DNA of 64,000 nucleotides from an uncultured Paraglaciecola sp. (GTDB lineage: Bacteria; Pseudomonadota; Gammaproteobacteria; Enterobacterales; Alteromonadaceae), in the NCBI RefSeq assembly GCF_913058035.1, contig NZ_CAJXPA010000001.1:17120-81119 (forward strand). Reading direction: 5' to 3'. The translations under genes and the position numbers were made by a program. Below the pieces are notes generated by a model. It made no database searches. It worked only from the letters and a program-made list of their open reading frames with translations, and had not been told where the DNA came from. Shown here piece by piece: positions 61,837-64,000 of this stretch (positions are counted from its first letter, which is position 1; every line of letters starts with the position of its first letter).

Positions 61837-62478
61837 TTAATAATAAGCTAGCGAACCCCAAGATTTTGTATCTGCATTAGCGGGTATTGAACCGATAAAA
61901 CTACCAGGTACAGCTTGGTAATTTAGTGCTTGAGTCGCACCTACCTCAGAGGTGAAATAGCCAAATACTATGAGCGCTTTTAGAAAACTAAATTGTTCTT
62001 TTTGAATATCTGACGACTTATCATCAATTTCAATTTTTGTTAAAAGTTGCTGCTGTTGCTGTGGTTGCAATAGTGGAAAGGTTTTACCAAATTCTCTATT
62101 CGCATAGGTGTCCACCGTATTTATGATGTTGATACAGTCTTCTTGCTGTTGTTCAGAGTGACAGTGTTGCAGCTGATGCTGAACAAATTCATGGCATCCA
62201 ACTTCGACTGCACTGGGCGTGTCTGTTCTTGGTAATATGGTCTCGCACAAACTGTAAAGAACAGTCAATTCGTGTTCTGAAAACAACTTACTATTTTTTG
62301 GTGGGTTAGGTCTTTGTGCTGCAAATTGCTTCGCCACTGACACACTGCAACCCGACATCACCGCTGCTGCTGTAGTCACCCCAAACAATTCAACCATTTT
62401 TTGCATAAAATTGCGTCGACTGATTTCATCGGTGCCTTTTGTTGGTTGATCTTCATCCTGTCCGTTCAATTTTTTCAT
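61837..62478 (-). CDS. Gluconate 2-dehydrogenase subunit 3 family (Tat-exported small subunit)
   Basis: Tat motif SRRNFM, ETILPRTDTPSA, GYFTSEVGA...Y..VPG. Confidence 0.85.
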   Translation of the reverse strand: MKKLNGQDEDQPTKGTDEISRRNFMQKMVELFGVTTAAAVMSGCSVSVAKQFAAQRPNPPKNSKLFSEHELTVLYSLCETILPRTDTPSAVEVGCHEFVQHQLQHCHSEQQQEDCINIINTVDTYANREFGKTFPLLQPQQQQQLLTKIEIDDKSSDIQKEQFSFLKALIVFGYFTSEVGATQALNYQAVPGSFIGSIPANADTKSWGSLAYY

Positions 62479-62534
62479 AAGTCTTACCTACCATTTTAGG
62501 GGGCTAATGATATCTTACGCCCATGATTCTTTGA

Positions 62535-63767
62535 TTAAAGGGTCGCTGTTTGAGTCTGTTTTTTCCGCATGAACCAATAAAACCCTGTAAATGCAGCAAT
62601 CAAAATTAGCGGGAATATCACTAAATTACTCAAAGCTGCTTGGCCAGATGCAAGAGCTAGATCGTTGCCCGTTAATCCGATAGCTTCAGCTTCGGTAGCT
62701 GCACTTTCAATCCAGCTGCCGATAATTGGACTCCAAATTGTGACGGACAACATACCTGCACCACCCATCAGCGACATACCCAAGGCACCAGACTTAGGCA
62801 CGTATTCACCCACGCAACCAATCATCGTTGGCCAAAAATAAGTTACGCCAAGTGCAAATACTACCGCTGCGAAGTACACAGCAGTGCCTTGAAGTTGGAT
62901 CATCAGGAATAAACCGAAAGAGGTCAGAATGGCGGAAATAAGTAATACACCTGCAGGAGCAAAGCGATGAACCAAGGGGCCAGCATAGAAACGACCAACC
63001 GCCATGATACCTGTGACTAAGGCCAATATCAGCATTGGGTGCGCGCCAGACGCACCGAGTATTTGATTTATCCAAGAGCTAGTGCCTAGTTCGCTGGTGG
63101 CTGTTAGGGTCATGCAAAAAATTAAAAATAAATACATAGGTGAAAATAAATGTTTAATATTGTTAGACGTAGAGTTAGCTATTTTATCAAACTCCGGAAA
63201 AACACATCCCAGCATCAGTACGCCGTAAATTAATGTTGGAATAATAATGACTGCAACTTGTAATTCCCATCCCAAATTTATGGAGGTCATGCCTGCTGAA
63301 ATGAGCGAACCGATGACCAAACCACCGGGAAACCAAACGTGAAACTTGTTGAGCATGGTGGTTTTGTTTTTTGGGTATAAATCAGCAATCATGGGGTTAC
63401 ATCCTGCTTCGACTAAACCATTAGCAAAACTAACCAAAAATGTGGAAATTATTAAACCCCAAAAACTATTTGAACTAATAGTTAAGCCTATGCCAATGAG
63501 GTGACCAGCAAAGGCAAACCAGACTATTTTCTTAGCCCCGATAGCATTATATAAAATCCCGCCCAACATAGTTGCCACTGGGAATCCAAAGGTTCCCATA
63601 CCTAAAATCCATCCCATTTGAACTGTGGTAAGGCCATACTGAATGCCTAAGTCCCCGATGATCCCAGCACGGATAGCAAAAGTCATTGAGGTAACGGTCA
63701 GTGCTATGCAACTAACCAAAAATACTCTTTTTGCTTGAGCTTCAGTAAACTCTGCGGTGCTATTCAT
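62535..63767 (-). CDS. MFS sugar/glycoside transporter
   Basis: About 12 TM helices; TSMTFAIRA, NGLVEAGCNP, LNKFHVWFPGG, YFWPTM. Confidence 0.88.
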   Translation of the reverse strand: MNSTAEFTEAQAKRVFLVSCIALTVTSMTFAIRAGIIGDLGIQYGLTTVQMGWILGMGTFGFPVATMLGGILYNAIGAKKIVWFAFAGHLIGIGLTISSNSFWGLIISTFLVSFANGLVEAGCNPMIADLYPKNKTTMLNKFHVWFPGGLVIGSLISAGMTSINLGWELQVAVIIIPTLIYGVLMLGCVFPEFDKIANSTSNNIKHLFSPMYLFLIFCMTLTATSELGTSSWINQILGASGAHPMLILALVTGIMAVGRFYAGPLVHRFAPAGVLLISAILTSFGLFLMIQLQGTAVYFAAVVFALGVTYFWPTMIGCVGEYVPKSGALGMSLMGGAGMLSVTIWSPIIGSWIESAATEAEAIGLTGNDLALASGQAALSNLVIFPLILIAAFTGFYWFMRKKQTQTATL

Positions 63768-63823
63768 ATTGATAGTCTCATATTGATAGTCTCATATTGA
63801 TAGTCTCATATTAAAAGTCTCAT
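63764..63823 (-). repeat. 14-bp tandem repeat (minus strand ATGAGACTATCAAT, ~4.3 copies) forming the whole intergenic spacer
   Basis: Plus-strand units TCATATTGATAGTC at 63764, 63778, 63792 and a variant at 63806. Confidence 0.92.
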
Positions 63824-64000
63824 TTTAAACCCAGGATCTTATTATTCATTTCAATGTCGTGCGCTACACCAGCAAAATCATCAAAGGCTTTATCGGTTGG
63901 TCTAATCAGGTGTTCACTAATAAATTTAGCGCCTTCTGCGGCACCATCTTGTGGATGTTTAATGCAACATTCCCATTCCATCACGGCCCAACCATCAAAA
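63820..64000 (-). CDS. Sugar phosphate isomerase/epimerase (IolE/xylose-isomerase-like TIM barrel), 3' end only
   Basis: Manual translation FDGWAVMEWECCIKHPQDGAAEGAKFISEHLIRPTDKAFDDFAG...KILGLK*. Confidence 0.8.
   Translation of the reverse strand, partial: FDGWAVMEWECCIKHPQDGAAEGAKFISEHLIRPTDKAFDDFAGVAHDIEMNNKILGLK

Noticed and set aside
1400-63075. Numerous 60-165 aa antisense or alternative-frame ORFs nested in core genes (e.g. 24722-25216, 35800-36273, 21684-22097)
   Set aside because: Fully overlap well-supported genes and lack motifs; typical shadow ORFs

Overview
AT-rich gammaproteobacterial chromosome segment; the gene content suggests a marine Alteromonadaceae member such as Paraglaciecola/Glaciecola (inference). 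It is mostly core genome: epmB end, parE-yqiA-cpdA-yqiB-nudF/tolC, hemH, aguAB, a TetR-RND efflux unit, parC, ftsYEX/rsmD, pepB, sfsA-dksA-gluQ-pcnB-folK-panBC, panP, yadGH, pdsO/pdsR/pdsS, yjjX, and the end of a GMC-oxidoreductase/MFS glycoside-utilisation operon. I saw no rRNA, tRNA, CRISPR array, prophage or IS. The most informative signals are not in the ORF track. (1) The apparently intergenic 52.4-54.0 kb stretch is a decayed proteobacterial dedicated sortase module: a VIT-domain target pseudogene fused by deletion to a class GN sortase pseudogene that carries a 10-bp VNTR. PdsO/PdsR/PdsS are intact, with helically phased candidate PdsR boxes. (2) A 14-bp tandem repeat forms a chain of four ATGA-coupled pentapeptide mini-ORFs between two sugar-operon genes. 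(3) pcnB appears to start at AUU. (4) One hybrid kinase has a 7TM-DISM (LadS/RetS-type) sensor on a BarA/GacS-type core. (5) A BacNav-like channel has an acidic TFEDWTD filter. (6) There is an EAL-domain relic, a missed 57-aa ORF, a sigma-28 promoter and many short tandem duplications. All calls come from reading the sequence by eye; no searches were run.
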